This document shows positions 30,179 to 39,667 of a DNA stretch of 64,000 nt, one piece after another (the stretch's first letter is position 1; each line of letters starts with the position of its first letter). The notes under the pieces are model-generated. The model searched no databases. It saw only the letters and a list, made by a program, of their open reading frames with translations, and was not told the origin of the DNA. Made by a program: the position numbers and the translations under genes. This stretch comes from an uncultured Gammaproteobacteria bacterium (lineage in GTDB: Bacteria; Patescibacteriota; Patescibacteriia; UBA9934): positions 39,419 to 103,418 of the forward strand of contig CAYHFQ010000001.1 in the NCBI GenBank assembly GCA_964355955.1. The letters run 5' to 3'.

Positions 30179-30295
30179 TAGAGTGAGTGAGTTACTTCTA
30201 ACTGCGCGCCGTCAACCGTGCCATCTGACTCACCTCGTGTGACTCGGGAGCTGGCACAGGGCCGGTGCTCGTGTCGGCGTAACTCACTCACTCTA
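30179..30295. mobile_element. MITE-like element with 15-bp terminal inverted repeats flanked by TA
   Basis: TA-GAGTGAGTGAGTTAC ... GTAACTCACTCACTC-TA. Confidence 0.6.
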
Positions 30296-32959
30296 TGCTA
30301 AATCGCCCCAGTTGGTGCCGGTTTCGACGTCGACGAGGAGAGGGACATCGAGGGTAATGACGGAGGTCATGATTTCCTGAACTTTTTGCGAGACTACGGG
30401 GACGTCGGCCAGGTCAGCTTCCAGGACAAGTTCGTCGTGGACTTGGAGAATTAGTTTGGTGCTGAGGCCGGAGGAAGTGAGCCAATCTTGGACACGACGC
30501 ATGGCGATTTTTATAATGTCGGCTTGCGTGCCTTGGGCTGGCATGTTGATGGCCATTCTTTCCGCCATGGCGACTAACTGGGGCATATTGCCGTTGATTT
30601 CTGGGAGGTAGCGGCGGCGACCGAAGAGCGTTTCTACGTATTCGTCGGCGTGAGCTTTGGCTTTCATGGTGTCGATAAAGTCGCGGATGCCGGGGTGAGC
30701 TTGGAAATAAAGCTCTATAAATCCTTTAGCTTCTTCGAAGCTGACCTTCGATGAACGTGCCAGCGCACGGGCGCCGATGCCGTAGAGAATGCCGAAGTTG
30801 ATGGCTTTGGCGGCGTAACGTTGTTCTTTGGTCACCTCAGATTCTGGAATGCCCCACATTTCCGCGGCGGTGCGTTTGTGAATGTCGGCGTTATCCTGGA
30901 AGGCGGTAATGAAACCGGTGTCCTTGGCGAGCACGGCAGCTAAACGTAATTCAATTTGCGAATAGTCGGCGCTGATGAGGACTCGGCCTGGTGGAGCGAT
31001 GAAGGCTTTGCGGATCTCGCGACCGAGTTCGGAGCGCACTGGAATGTTCTGTAAGTTTGGATTTGATGATGACAAACGGCCCGTGGCAGCGATACATTGA
31101 TTAAATTCGGCGTGAATGCGACCGTCTGCTGCGACGAGAAGAGGAAGGGAATCGGCGTAAGTATTTTTTAGTTTGGCGATTTCGCGGTACTCGCTGATGA
31201 GAGCGACGATGGGGTGCAGAGCAGTAATTTTTTCGAGCTCGGGGGCGGCGGTGGAGAAGCCGCTCTTGGTTTTTTTGATGCCCTTAGTCGGAATGGCTAG
31301 GTCGATGTAGAGAATGTCAGCCAGCTGCGAAGGAGATTGAATGTTGAATTCTTTTCCGGCCGCAGCGTATATCTTGGTGGTGAGACCGGCCAGGGTGATA
31401 GCAAACTTTTTAGATAGTTCTTGGAGGATCGAACTGTCGACGGCGATGCCTGTGTGTTCCATTTGAAAGAGGACGCCGATGAGGGGCATTTCGATTTCGG
31501 CGGAAAGTTTGGTCATGCCGACGTGGGCAAGTTTGGCTTGGAGGGCGGTCGACAAAGTGAGAAGAGTGCTGAGCGTCGAGGCGACGTCGCCCTGTAGCTC
31601 GATGTTGAGCGAATCGCTGACGATATCAGCAAAAGCCATGGCCCGTTCGCCCGAGGAGAGGAGGTAGGCCGCGACCATGGTGTCGAAGCAGGGGCGATTA
31701 AGGGCTGGGGTGACGTCGACGCCGGCTTGGGCGAAAGTGTGCCAGATGGCCTTGAGATCGTGGGCGATGATGAGATTGGCGGTCGATAATAGTTTTACGA
31801 TGTCGGTCATGACGTCGACGCTTGGTGAGTCCGCAATGAAAGTGGTTTTGCCGTCGGTGAGGGCGATGCTTGAGAGACCAGCAGTGCTGAAGAGATCTTG
31901 CTGAGGCTTGTTGGTTAAGAGAATCGCGAGTTTGGTTGAGTTGAGAGTGTTTAGTTCGCCGAGCTTAATAGTTGATTTTTTTGGAGTTGTAATTGTGGCG
32001 GCAGGTACATCAGGGCGGGGGGCGGTGACCCCGCCTATTACGGTTTCGGAGGAAGAGACTACGGGCTCGGACGATGCGGGGAGGTACTTTTTGAGGAGGG
32101 TGTTGAATTCGAGGTCTTGCAGGAGGGGGATGAGGGTGGTGGTGTCGGGTGGTTGAACGGTGGCTTGGTCGAGAGAGAAGTCGGCAAGGGGGACGTCGCG
32201 GACAATGGTGACCAGGCGTTTCATTTGCTTGGCTACTTCGGCTTGGCCGGTGAGCTTTTTGGCGTACTTGGAGGGAACCATGCCAGTGGCGAGATTGGCA
32301 AAAATGCCGTCGACTGTGCCGAATTGTTCGAGGAGTTCGAGGGCGGATTTTTCGCCAATGCCAACTACGCCTGGGAGGTTGTCAGAATGGTCGCCGATGA
32401 GAGTTTTGTAGTCGATGAGTTGATTAGGACGGAGGTGATAGCGGGCAATGACAGCGGCTTCGTCGTACAGAGTTGTTTGCGAGAGGCCTTTGACGAAGAA
32501 GACGACGTGCGTCGTGTCGTCGACCAATTGGAGAGCATCGAGATCGCCAGTGACAATGAGAGTTTTAATGCCTTTGGTTTTGTTGATGGTGGCGATGGTG
32601 CCGAGGATGTCGTCGCCCTCAAAACCGGGGACGGAAAGCGAGGGGAGGTGATAGGCTTTGAGAACTTCCTGAATCATGGGGATTTGGGCGTAGAGTTCAG
32701 GGGCCTTTTTTTCGCGTTGGGATTTATATTCCACGTACTCGTCGTGGCGGAAGGTTTTGCCAGGCAAGTCCCAAGCGACGGCCATATAATCCGGCTTAAG
32801 TTGCGAGAGCATTTTCTCGATGACCATGATAAAGCCGTAAACAGCGTTGACTACGCGGCCATCTTTGGTGGTGAGGGGCGGAATGGCGTGCCAGGCGCGG
32901 TGGAGCAAGGCGTTGCCGTCGAGAATAAGAAAAGTTTTGGCGGAGGCGGATGATGTCAT
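30293..32959 (-). CDS. polA: DNA polymerase I
   Basis: LDGNALLHRA 5' nuclease, TGRLSSSNPNLQNIP, ADYSQIELR, AKAINFGILYG, QVHDEL. Confidence 0.98.
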   Translation of the reverse strand: MTSSASAKTFLILDGNALLHRAWHAIPPLTTKDGRVVNAVYGFIMVIEKMLSQLKPDYMAVAWDLPGKTFRHDEYVEYKSQREKKAPELYAQIPMIQEVLKAYHLPSLSVPGFEGDDILGTIATINKTKGIKTLIVTGDLDALQLVDDTTHVVFFVKGLSQTTLYDEAAVIARYHLRPNQLIDYKTLIGDHSDNLPGVVGIGEKSALELLEQFGTVDGIFANLATGMVPSKYAKKLTGQAEVAKQMKRLVTIVRDVPLADFSLDQATVQPPDTTTLIPLLQDLEFNTLLKKYLPASSEPVVSSSETVIGGVTAPRPDVPAATITTPKKSTIKLGELNTLNSTKLAILLTNKPQQDLFSTAGLSSIALTDGKTTFIADSPSVDVMTDIVKLLSTANLIIAHDLKAIWHTFAQAGVDVTPALNRPCFDTMVAAYLLSSGERAMAFADIVSDSLNIELQGDVASTLSTLLTLSTALQAKLAHVGMTKLSAEIEMPLIGVLFQMEHTGIAVDSSILQELSKKFAITLAGLTTKIYAAAGKEFNIQSPSQLADILYIDLAIPTKGIKKTKSGFSTAAPELEKITALHPIVALISEYREIAKLKNTYADSLPLLVAADGRIHAEFNQCIAATGRLSSSNPNLQNIPVRSELGREIRKAFIAPPGRVLISADYSQIELRLAAVLAKDTGFITAFQDNADIHKRTAAEMWGIPESEVTKEQRYAAKAINFGILYGIGARALARSSKVSFEEAKGFIELYFQAHPGIRDFIDTMKAKAHADEYVETLFGRRRYLPEINGNMPQLVAMAERMAINMPAQGTQADIIKIAMRRVQDWLTSSGLSTKLILQVHDELVLEADLADVPVVSQKVQEIMTSVITLDVPLLVDVETGTNWGDLA
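32008..32040. repeat. REP-like palindrome, copy 3 (in frame in the PolA linker)
   Basis: CATCAGGGCGGGGGGCGGTGACCCCGCCTATTA; encodes IGGVTAPRPD. Confidence 0.8.
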
Positions 32960-33064
32960 AATAGTTGGATTGTACAGGTGGGGGCGATAAAAAAGAAGTG
33001 CGCCCACCCCGAGGTGAGTCGGGAGGGCGCAGGGTGATCTGCGAGGGAATCAGGTGGACGGGGG

Positions 33065-33463
33065 CTAGTCCTCGCCTTCATCGATGACGTGCGCGTCGGG
33101 ATCGCCGAGCGCGACGTCATGAGTCTCTTCCTCCTCCGCCTGGGCGAAGTGCAGCTCGGCGGCAGCCTGGACGCGGGCGTAGAGGTTCTCGTCGTTGATG
33201 GGCGTGAAGGACTCGCCGCCGTCTTCGTCGGCCTCGTAGCGGAAGAGGAAGATCTCCGTGTTCTCGGCGGCGTCGTCCTCGTCGGCTGGCGTCAGGGCGG
33301 CGAACTGGCCCTCACCCTCGAGGTCGACGACTGTCAGGAAGACGAAGTCCTGCTCGTTGCCGTCCGCGTCCTGGAGGGTGACGATGTTGTCGTCATCGCT
33401 GTCGAACTCGTCGTCGAGATCTTCATCGCCGTCGTGATCGAGGCTGGTGGGGTCGATAGGCAT
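33065..33463 (-). CDS. Acidic DUF1292-like protein
   Basis: IVTLQDADGNEQDF.FL..V....FAAL.P...IFLFRY...F.PI.DE..Y.RV; AGGA RBS; very high GC3. Confidence 0.8.
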   Translation of the reverse strand: MPIDPTSLDHDGDEDLDDEFDSDDDNIVTLQDADGNEQDFVFLTVVDLEGEGQFAALTPADEDDAAENTEIFLFRYEADEDGGESFTPINDENLYARVQAAAELHFAQAEEEETHDVALGDPDAHVIDEGED

Positions 33464-33650
33464 GGGGTCATCCTGGTGGTGAGTGCTAAGTGAATCCTAG
33501 CGGCCAGAGCTTACATGATTAACTAGAAAAAGGCTAGGGTTGGGAGTAAAAGAAAAGCGCCGCCCCGACAAGTCGGAGCGGACGCAGATGATCTACGCCG
33601 AGGGCGCGCTGATCAGTGGAGACGCGGTAGGCCGCGGAGGGTTGGCCCGA

Positions 33651-33974
33651 CTAGCCCTGGAGCTCAGTGCCCTGGTCGGTGGTGCCGGTGTCGGTGAGCT
33701 TGAGCTTGGTGTCCGTCGTGCCGTCGTTGGCGTCGGTCGTGGTGCCGTCACCGGTGGTCTCGAGCTCGGTGTCGGCGGTGCCGTCGGTGGACTTGGTCTC
33801 GAGTGCGGGGTCATCACCAGCGGGCTCGCCGACGACCTCGGTGGTCGCCGAGCCGTCGCCGTTGCCGGTCTCAGTGTTGCCGTCGCCGCTCGTGCCCGGG
33901 CCCTCGCCGTCGCCTTCGCCGTCAACGTTGCAATTTCCCTGGAAGCCCAGGAGGAGGATGCTGGTCAGTTTCAT
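33651..33974 (-). CDS. Small acidic Asp/Thr/Gly-rich disordered protein
   Basis: 107 aa, nearly all codons end in G/C in this frame, short hydrophobic N-terminus followed by Cys. Confidence 0.6.
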   Translation of the reverse strand: MKLTSILLLGFQGNCNVDGEGDGEGPGTSGDGNTETGNGDGSATTEVVGEPAGDDPALETKSTDGTADTELETTGDGTTTDANDGTTDTKLKLTDTGTTDQGTELQG

Positions 33975-34113
33975 TTGTCTTGGCCCTTTCTTTTTTGTCT
34001 TTTTGGTCGGTTGATGCCCGAGAGAACCTCTGGCGGGGGGAATGGTACAACATTAGCAAAAAAATGTCCAGCCCGACCCCTTTGAGGGCCTGGCTGGACG
34101 AGGGGGACGCCGG

Positions 34114-35088
34114 CTAGAAGGTGCGATCGTCGAGGCTGGGCGGCGCACGGAGAGGCGTGGAAGGCGGCGAGCAAGGGCTCGAATAACTGCCCGGCTGGTG
34201 GTGCTTGGGACGCATTGACCTCTTGCCTGAAGGAGAGGCCAAAGCAGAGCGGGTGATTGACCCCGCATCCAGGTGCAGGTCGCGACGCAAGGTGATGGTG
34301 ATGCGGCGCTTGTCCTGCAAGCCAATCCGGTCCACCCCGGGGACTTCGAGAACACGATCGGGGCCCATGTTGACCATGAACTGAGGGTGTTCCTGCCCGT
34401 GAGCGTCGTAGTACCGAATTCCCTGGTCGGCCAATACCGCCATGAGAGGTTCCTTCTGCTGCCAGCCACGGATCAGGAGTTCGCCGGGCTGACGGGCTCG
34501 GCCTTCGTCTGGCTGGATGAGAGGCCGACCATTGCGAGCTCGATCCAGGAAGACGTCGATGGCGATGACGTGGAAGCGGTCGCCTGCCATGATGGCGAGG
34601 TGGCCGTGACCAGCGTAGAAGGCGGAGAATTCGCCAGGGATGAGGATGACACGTTGCTTTACGCCCTTCAAATTGTTGACGTAGAGCAAGCCGCTCGTCT
34701 GGAAGGAGCGATCGGCCTGGGCACTGGTGCCGTAGTGGCTACCGGGCACTGGGAGTAACTTGTAGAGCAAGCTGGCCTCCAGGTCGGCAATCGACTCCGG
34801 CAGAGCCTCGTGACCGGCCTGGATGGTGACCAGGTAGAAGCGCTTGAGAGCTCGCTTACCGAGATGAATGCCTTCGCAGCGCTCGGTGTAGCCGTCATTC
34901 ACGGGAACACTCGCCGCATCGGTCGAGTAGATGACTCCGCCATCGTGGTGAATGGCGAAGCGGGTGAGGACGTCAGGCCTGATGAGCCGGCTTGGGTCAA
35001 CACGATGTTTACGATAGTGCTCCTCTTGATCCTGCTGGCGACACAGCATGTCAAAAAGATCGAAAAGATGAATTTTCTGCAAATCCAT
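34114..35088 (-). CDS. Hypothetical protein
   Basis: 324-aa ORF, GC3-rich, C-rich leader with AGGT, downstream hairpin. Confidence 0.7.
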   Translation of the reverse strand: MDLQKIHLFDLFDMLCRQQDQEEHYRKHRVDPSRLIRPDVLTRFAIHHDGGVIYSTDAASVPVNDGYTERCEGIHLGKRALKRFYLVTIQAGHEALPESIADLEASLLYKLLPVPGSHYGTSAQADRSFQTSGLLYVNNLKGVKQRVILIPGEFSAFYAGHGHLAIMAGDRFHVIAIDVFLDRARNGRPLIQPDEGRARQPGELLIRGWQQKEPLMAVLADQGIRYYDAHGQEHPQFMVNMGPDRVLEVPGVDRIGLQDKRRITITLRRDLHLDAGSITRSALASPSGKRSMRPKHHQPGSYSSPCSPPSTPLRAPPSLDDRTF

Positions 35089-35262
35089 GAGCTTGTACCT
35101 GGGGTGGAGGGTTGTATTCGTTACCGGCTCAAAATGATACCGACGACGGACTAAGCTAATGTGCCTGAGATTAGAGGCTTAGTCAATAATTTTGTGGCCT
35201 TGGGTTTGCTATTTATGCAAAATTACGCTATATTTTTGGCGGGAAATGCATAGTAGCAGCCT

Positions 35263-35387
35263 GAGGACTTTCAGATTTGAGACTAGTTTCGATGAACGTC
35301 GAGCAAAGCTCCTGAGGCGTATAGTAGTCTATACGGTGAAGGAGTTTGCGATGACGTGAGTCGAAAATAGGCCAAATATGGAAGGCC
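35263..35387 (+). repeat. ~110-nt hairpin repeat, copy B
   Basis: Reverse complement aligns along its length to 55390-55498. Confidence 0.8.
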
Positions 35388-35397
35388 GAGTAAACGA

Positions 35398-35474
35398 GCT
35401 CCGATAGCTCAGTTGGATAGAGCAGGGGACTTCTAAGCCCAAGGTCGATGGTTCGATTCCATCTCGGAGCACCA
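35398..35474 (+). tRNA. tRNA-Arg(TCT)
   Basis: GCTCCGA/TCGGAGC acceptor, CTTCTAA loop, TTCGATT, encoded CCA. Confidence 0.92.
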
Positions 35475-35586
35475 AAAACACCTCGTCAATGTGACGGGGT
35501 GGTTTTGTTTTTGACTTTTTCTGTTGTTTTAGCTATATTTTTGTGGTCTTGGCCAAATTACTGGAAGATATACACATGGAGTCAAC

Positions 35587-35874
35587 ATGGAAGAAAAGAG
35601 CCAGGTGAAAGAGTTGCTCGGCGACATCATGTTCGTGGTGGTGGGAATGGGAGTACTACTTGCCGCGTTGGTCGACATACCAATATTCCCGTACTGGCAG
35701 CCTGCTTTCAAATGGCTGTGTCTTCTAGTGTCACTGGTAATGATGGTGATTGTTCTTGTGCGGTTCCATAAAAAGCGCGCAATGGGGCTACCACTTTCAC
35801 CGTGGACATTTCTTTTGTACTGGGTCGGACAAGCGCTGTGTATTTTCGGCATGATGATACACCTCTGGGACTGA
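35587..35874 (+). CDS. Small 3-TM membrane protein
   Basis: GGAG RBS, three hydrophobic segments, terminator at about 35899-35939. Confidence 0.7.
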   Translation: MEEKSQVKELLGDIMFVVVGMGVLLAALVDIPIFPYWQPAFKWLCLLVSLVMMVIVLVRFHKKRAMGLPLSPWTFLLYWVGQALCIFGMMIHLWD

Positions 35875-36006
35875 CTGCCCGACTCGGCGACGAATTTCTG
35901 CCCCTGCTGACCTCGGTCGGTGGGGGCGTCCTCTTTTTTATCGATTAATGGCTGGTGGCTTGCTAATTTAATGGTTTTCGGTTATTATTTTCCCGCAAAC
36001 GAGCAT

Positions 36007-36082
36007 GGTGCCTATAGCACAGTGGTTAGTGCACCGGGTTGTGGTCCCGGCTACGAGGGTCCGATTCCCTCTAGGCACCCCA
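36007..36082 (+). tRNA. tRNA-His(GTG)
   Basis: G-1, C73, CCGGG-TTGTGGT-CCCGG, encoded CCA. Confidence 0.93.
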
Positions 36083-36155
36083 GCAGAGAACCCTCCGTAA
36101 TTGGAGGGTTTTTGCTTTAGCTAGAACTTCCTCGATGATCGCAAATGTGATAGTT

Positions 36156-36941
36156 CTAGGATTTAAATGAATACGGCTGGCCCTGGTTGAACAGGGTGTT
36201 AAAGGTGGCTTTGAAGGAGTCCGCGATGCCGGGGTGAGTGATGGTGACGACCAAGTTGGTTTGCGGGAAGAGATATGCGAGGGTGGAGCCGTACATGATG
36301 GTGAGGCCTTGGAAGGGTAAGGCGGATTCGGGATAGGTGCGGACGCTAATTTGGCGCTGTTGGAGTAAGGCGAGGTTGATGGGCGAAATGAGGGTGTTGG
36401 GGATTTGGGTGGCTTCAGCAGTGAGGATGAGTTTGGTGGCGATTTTACGGGCGATGATTTTAGAGAAAAAATTGTTTGTCTCCGTGTTGCTTAAGAGAGT
36501 CAGCTCGCTGTTTAAAGCTGTGGCGCCTTCAATGACGTAGAAAGTTGAACCTTCCGGGAGGGAAGAGATTTCATCGTAAACTTTGAAGTAGCCGGCGCGA
36601 GATTCGCTGACTTGGACGCGGGGCGCTTCAACTTCAATTTTTTGGAGGACTTCCAACTGCGGCACGAGGCTTTTAAAGTCCGTGGTTAGGCGGTCAAAGC
36701 GGGCAGCGAGTGTGGCTGGCGGCGTGGCGGTGTAAAGGAGGGTGCGGCCGTGGTTAGATTCGACGACGAGTTCTTTGGCGAGGAGCTTTTTGAGGTGAAA
36801 ATGCGTAGCGGTGCGGTTTTTTTTGATTTTGCTAGCAATATCAGAGACGCCAGCTGTGCCCAGTTTGAGTAAAGCGAGGTAAATGTCGGCTTCGTCAGCG
36901 GTGACGGAGAAGTAACTTAGGAGTTCTTTGGGATTGGTCAT
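36156..36941 (-). CDS. TrmB-family transcriptional regulator
   Basis: EADIYLALLKLG...IASK.KKNRT..H..L..L..K.LV wHTH plus effector domain. Confidence 0.88.
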   Translation of the reverse strand: MTNPKELLSYFSVTADEADIYLALLKLGTAGVSDIASKIKKNRTATHFHLKKLLAKELVVESNHGRTLLYTATPPATLAARFDRLTTDFKSLVPQLEVLQKIEVEAPRVQVSESRAGYFKVYDEISSLPEGSTFYVIEGATALNSELTLLSNTETNNFFSKIIARKIATKLILTAEATQIPNTLISPINLALLQQRQISVRTYPESALPFQGLTIMYGSTLAYLFPQTNLVVTITHPGIADSFKATFNTLFNQGQPYSFKS

Positions 36942-37136
36942 ATGGGTTATATTAGACTGAAACTGGCATTTTGTCAACTATTTTAATCATCAAATTATAC
37001 CTTATTTATTGAATAATCTAGTTATTTATAAACTTATGCACATTATTGTTGACGAAAGAGGTAAAAAATGGTATTGTATGTAGTCGAGCAGGGAATGGCC
37101 CGGTTCGACAAACAACCACAAGACACGGAGACTACC

Positions 37137-37850
37137 ATGCGAATCCTCATCATCGACGACACCCCCGCCAACCTCAAGGCCGCCGAACAGACCCTCGCTG
37201 GCCACCAGCTGACGTTGGTTGGTAGCTACGACGATGCATACAAGCTGCTCGAGGAGCCTTCTGCCGACTACAAGGAAGTGGAGGCAGAGTTGAAGAGACT
37301 CGGCTACAACCGGCGTCCTGACCTCAGCCAGGAAGAAAAAAACGCCTTCCAAAAGGAGCAGGCGCGGCTTGAGAAGGAGCTGCGACCGGCTGGGAACTTC
37401 GATGTCGTGTTGTGCGACATGATGATGCCAGCTGGTAAGCGAATCCAGGTGTCGAATGACCTGGTCGGGCAGTTGATGCCGGTCGGCTTTGCCTTGGTAC
37501 TCGACGCCGTGTTGCATGGCGCCAAATACGTCGGCATGCTGACCGACGGCGACCACCACAACCACCCTGCGGTCGCCTGGATTGATCGCCTGTCCAGCTA
37601 TCACGGATGGAGTGATGATCCGTACAAGTGCCCGGCACGCTTCATCGTGAACGGAGCGACGGTCGGGTACTTCCGCGGTCAAAATACCTTCCTGGTGGAG
37701 GGAGAAACGTGCGAAAAATGCAAAGGCACTCGGATTGATGACAACAGTGAGTTTGCAGGGCCGCCAGTTTGCTACGCCTGCACCGCCGATGGCAAGGTTC
37801 GTGCGAAGGATTGGGGGAAGGTACTCAAGCGGCTGCTCGGCGAAGGGTAG
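37137..37850 (+). CDS. Receiver-domain-like protein with coiled-coil insertion and C-terminal Zn ribbon
   Basis: MRILIIDD, FDVVLCDMMMP, CEKCKG...CYAC..DG; GGAG RBS. Confidence 0.75.
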   Translation: MRILIIDDTPANLKAAEQTLAGHQLTLVGSYDDAYKLLEEPSADYKEVEAELKRLGYNRRPDLSQEEKNAFQKEQARLEKELRPAGNFDVVLCDMMMPAGKRIQVSNDLVGQLMPVGFALVLDAVLHGAKYVGMLTDGDHHNHPAVAWIDRLSSYHGWSDDPYKCPARFIVNGATVGYFRGQNTFLVEGETCEKCKGTRIDDNSEFAGPPVCYACTADGKVRAKDWGKVLKRLLGEG

Positions 37851-37977
37851 AGGCAAACAATACATTAACAACTTTCCTTGGCGTGAGTAGCACTCGCTCG
37901 CGCCCAGCATCGAGACGCCGAGCTGTTCGGCGGATCGACACTGATAACAATGCAACCAACGAACTACGGAGTCAGCC

Positions 37978-39486
37978 ATGACCATGAACGTCGCCTTTGT
38001 TTCCCCTCAGCGCCAGGTCGATGCCATTCACGAGCCACCCCGCGGTGGGGTGCAGATCGGGCCGGCCTTGATGGCCTCGCTGCTCAATGGATATTACCTC
38101 GACGAGTCCGTCCGCAACGGCGGATGGCAGCGGCGTGAGCTCTGCGTTCGCACGCTGTGGCCAGGTGAGCGTGGCATCCACGAGACGCCGCTCAACCGCA
38201 CGTGGGGGGAAGTGCATGAGGAGAAGATGTACGACTTCCACAAGCTGTCGTCGACTGACTTCATCAGGAAGTACTCGGCGTTCAGGGAAGATGGCCGCGT
38301 GCAGCGCATCATCGCGCGGATCGGAATTCCGGAAGAGGAAACGATCCAGCACTTGCGCGACCTCCGCGTCGAGGCGGTCGGCATCCCCTTGGCGGCGTCG
38401 GCCAACTACCTGGCGGCCACGTCGCTCGGCAGGCGGATCAAGCGCGAGCTCGGCATCCGAGTGGTGATGGGTGGCCAGCACATCACGGCGGATCCTGAAC
38501 AGTTCGTCCGCGACAATCCGTGGGTCGACCACGTCGCGCAGGGCGACGCCATCACGACCATCGAGGACATGATGGCCGGCCGGGCAACGAGCAAGATTGT
38601 GAAGGGAGGATTCCAGAAGATGGAGGAATACCCAATCATGAACTGCGAGTTGTTGGCCGATGCTGGCTACTCGACTCCACCGACGCACAACTACCCCTCG
38701 GGGTTGAAGTCGATTGACTGGATGGCCAGTCGTGGGTGCTACCGTCATTGCGAATTCTGCTTTGCCGGGCGTCCGGAGCAGAAAGTCACGCAGTCTGGTT
38801 GGGACAAGATCCGACAGCAGCTCGACCACTTTGTGGCCTATGGCTACCAGGAGATTGTGCTGCAAGACGACGCGATTCTCTCTCGCCCGAAGGAGTTCTT
38901 CATTCCTTTGCTCGGGGAGATGAAGCAGCGCGGACTCTCGTGGTCAGACAACGGTGGCGTGGAGTTCGAGAGCCTGTCGGATGAGGTCACCGCGGCCATC
39001 ATGGCGTACAACGATGGCGGGTCGGGCGAGTGTTTCTCGCTGTACGTGCCGTTCAATCCGCGGCAGGGAAATGAGAAGCAGAGCTCGGCAGGGTCGATGA
39101 CCACGAAGTACGAGAACAGCAAGGAGAACCTGAAAAAGCTGCGCTCGGCGGGAGTGTACGTGTTGACGAGCATCATGGTCGGTACACCAGACCAGACACA
39201 CGAGACGTTCGCGGAAGACATGGCTGCTTCCAGGAAGTTGATCGTGGATGGGTACCTCGACTCGGCGCTGCCGTTGTCCGCCACCATGCTGCCCGGCACC
39301 AGGTGGTTCGAACGCAACGGCCACAACATCGTCCACCAGGACGACTGGGCAGGCTACAACCTGTTCAGCACCCACCACAACACCAACGACATGACTGCTC
39401 GTAAGATCGAGGAGGGCATGGTCCGGTGGGTGAAGGAGTCAGGCGACGTGCAGACGATCGAGGCCTGGCAGTGTGCCTTTGCGTAA
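37978..39486 (+). CDS. B12-binding-domain radical SAM protein
   Basis: VVMGGQHIT, ASRGCYRHCEFC (CxxxCxxC), IMVGTP, MLPGT; GGAG RBS. Confidence 0.9.
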   Translation: MTMNVAFVSPQRQVDAIHEPPRGGVQIGPALMASLLNGYYLDESVRNGGWQRRELCVRTLWPGERGIHETPLNRTWGEVHEEKMYDFHKLSSTDFIRKYSAFREDGRVQRIIARIGIPEEETIQHLRDLRVEAVGIPLAASANYLAATSLGRRIKRELGIRVVMGGQHITADPEQFVRDNPWVDHVAQGDAITTIEDMMAGRATSKIVKGGFQKMEEYPIMNCELLADAGYSTPPTHNYPSGLKSIDWMASRGCYRHCEFCFAGRPEQKVTQSGWDKIRQQLDHFVAYGYQEIVLQDDAILSRPKEFFIPLLGEMKQRGLSWSDNGGVEFESLSDEVTAAIMAYNDGGSGECFSLYVPFNPRQGNEKQSSAGSMTTKYENSKENLKKLRSAGVYVLTSIMVGTPDQTHETFAEDMAASRKLIVDGYLDSALPLSATMLPGTRWFERNGHNIVHQDDWAGYNLFSTHHNTNDMTARKIEEGMVRWVKESGDVQTIEAWQCAFA

Positions 39487-39529
39487 ACAATTCAACCATT
39501 AGGAGGATTAAACTATCGAGTAAAACTCA

Positions 39530-39570
39530 CCGCTCACTGAGCCGCTGCTCAGTGAGCGGCTCTTTGTTTT
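39530..39570 (+). terminator. Intrinsic terminator
   Basis: CCGCTCACTGAGC/GCTCAGTGAGCGG plus T-tract. Confidence 0.8.
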
Positions 39571-39573
39571 GAT

Positions 39574-39613
39574 CAATGTTTACAGACAAGGGACGAAGTT
39601 CGACGTCGTCCTG
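39574..39613 (+). repeat. 40-bp direct repeat, left copy
   Basis: CAATGTTTACAGACAAGGGACGAAGTTCGACGTCGTCCTG; 3 mismatches to 40638-40677. Confidence 0.9.
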
Positions 39614-39667
39614 GGAGTTGGCATTGCTAACAAAAATTGTCATTTTGATATACTGTATTGGTTATCT

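Noticed and set aside
33593-33653. Stop-codon readthrough or alternative genetic code
   Set aside because: Composition changes after the TAG and a hairpin follows; conserved genes such as comM end at TGA, consistent with code 11
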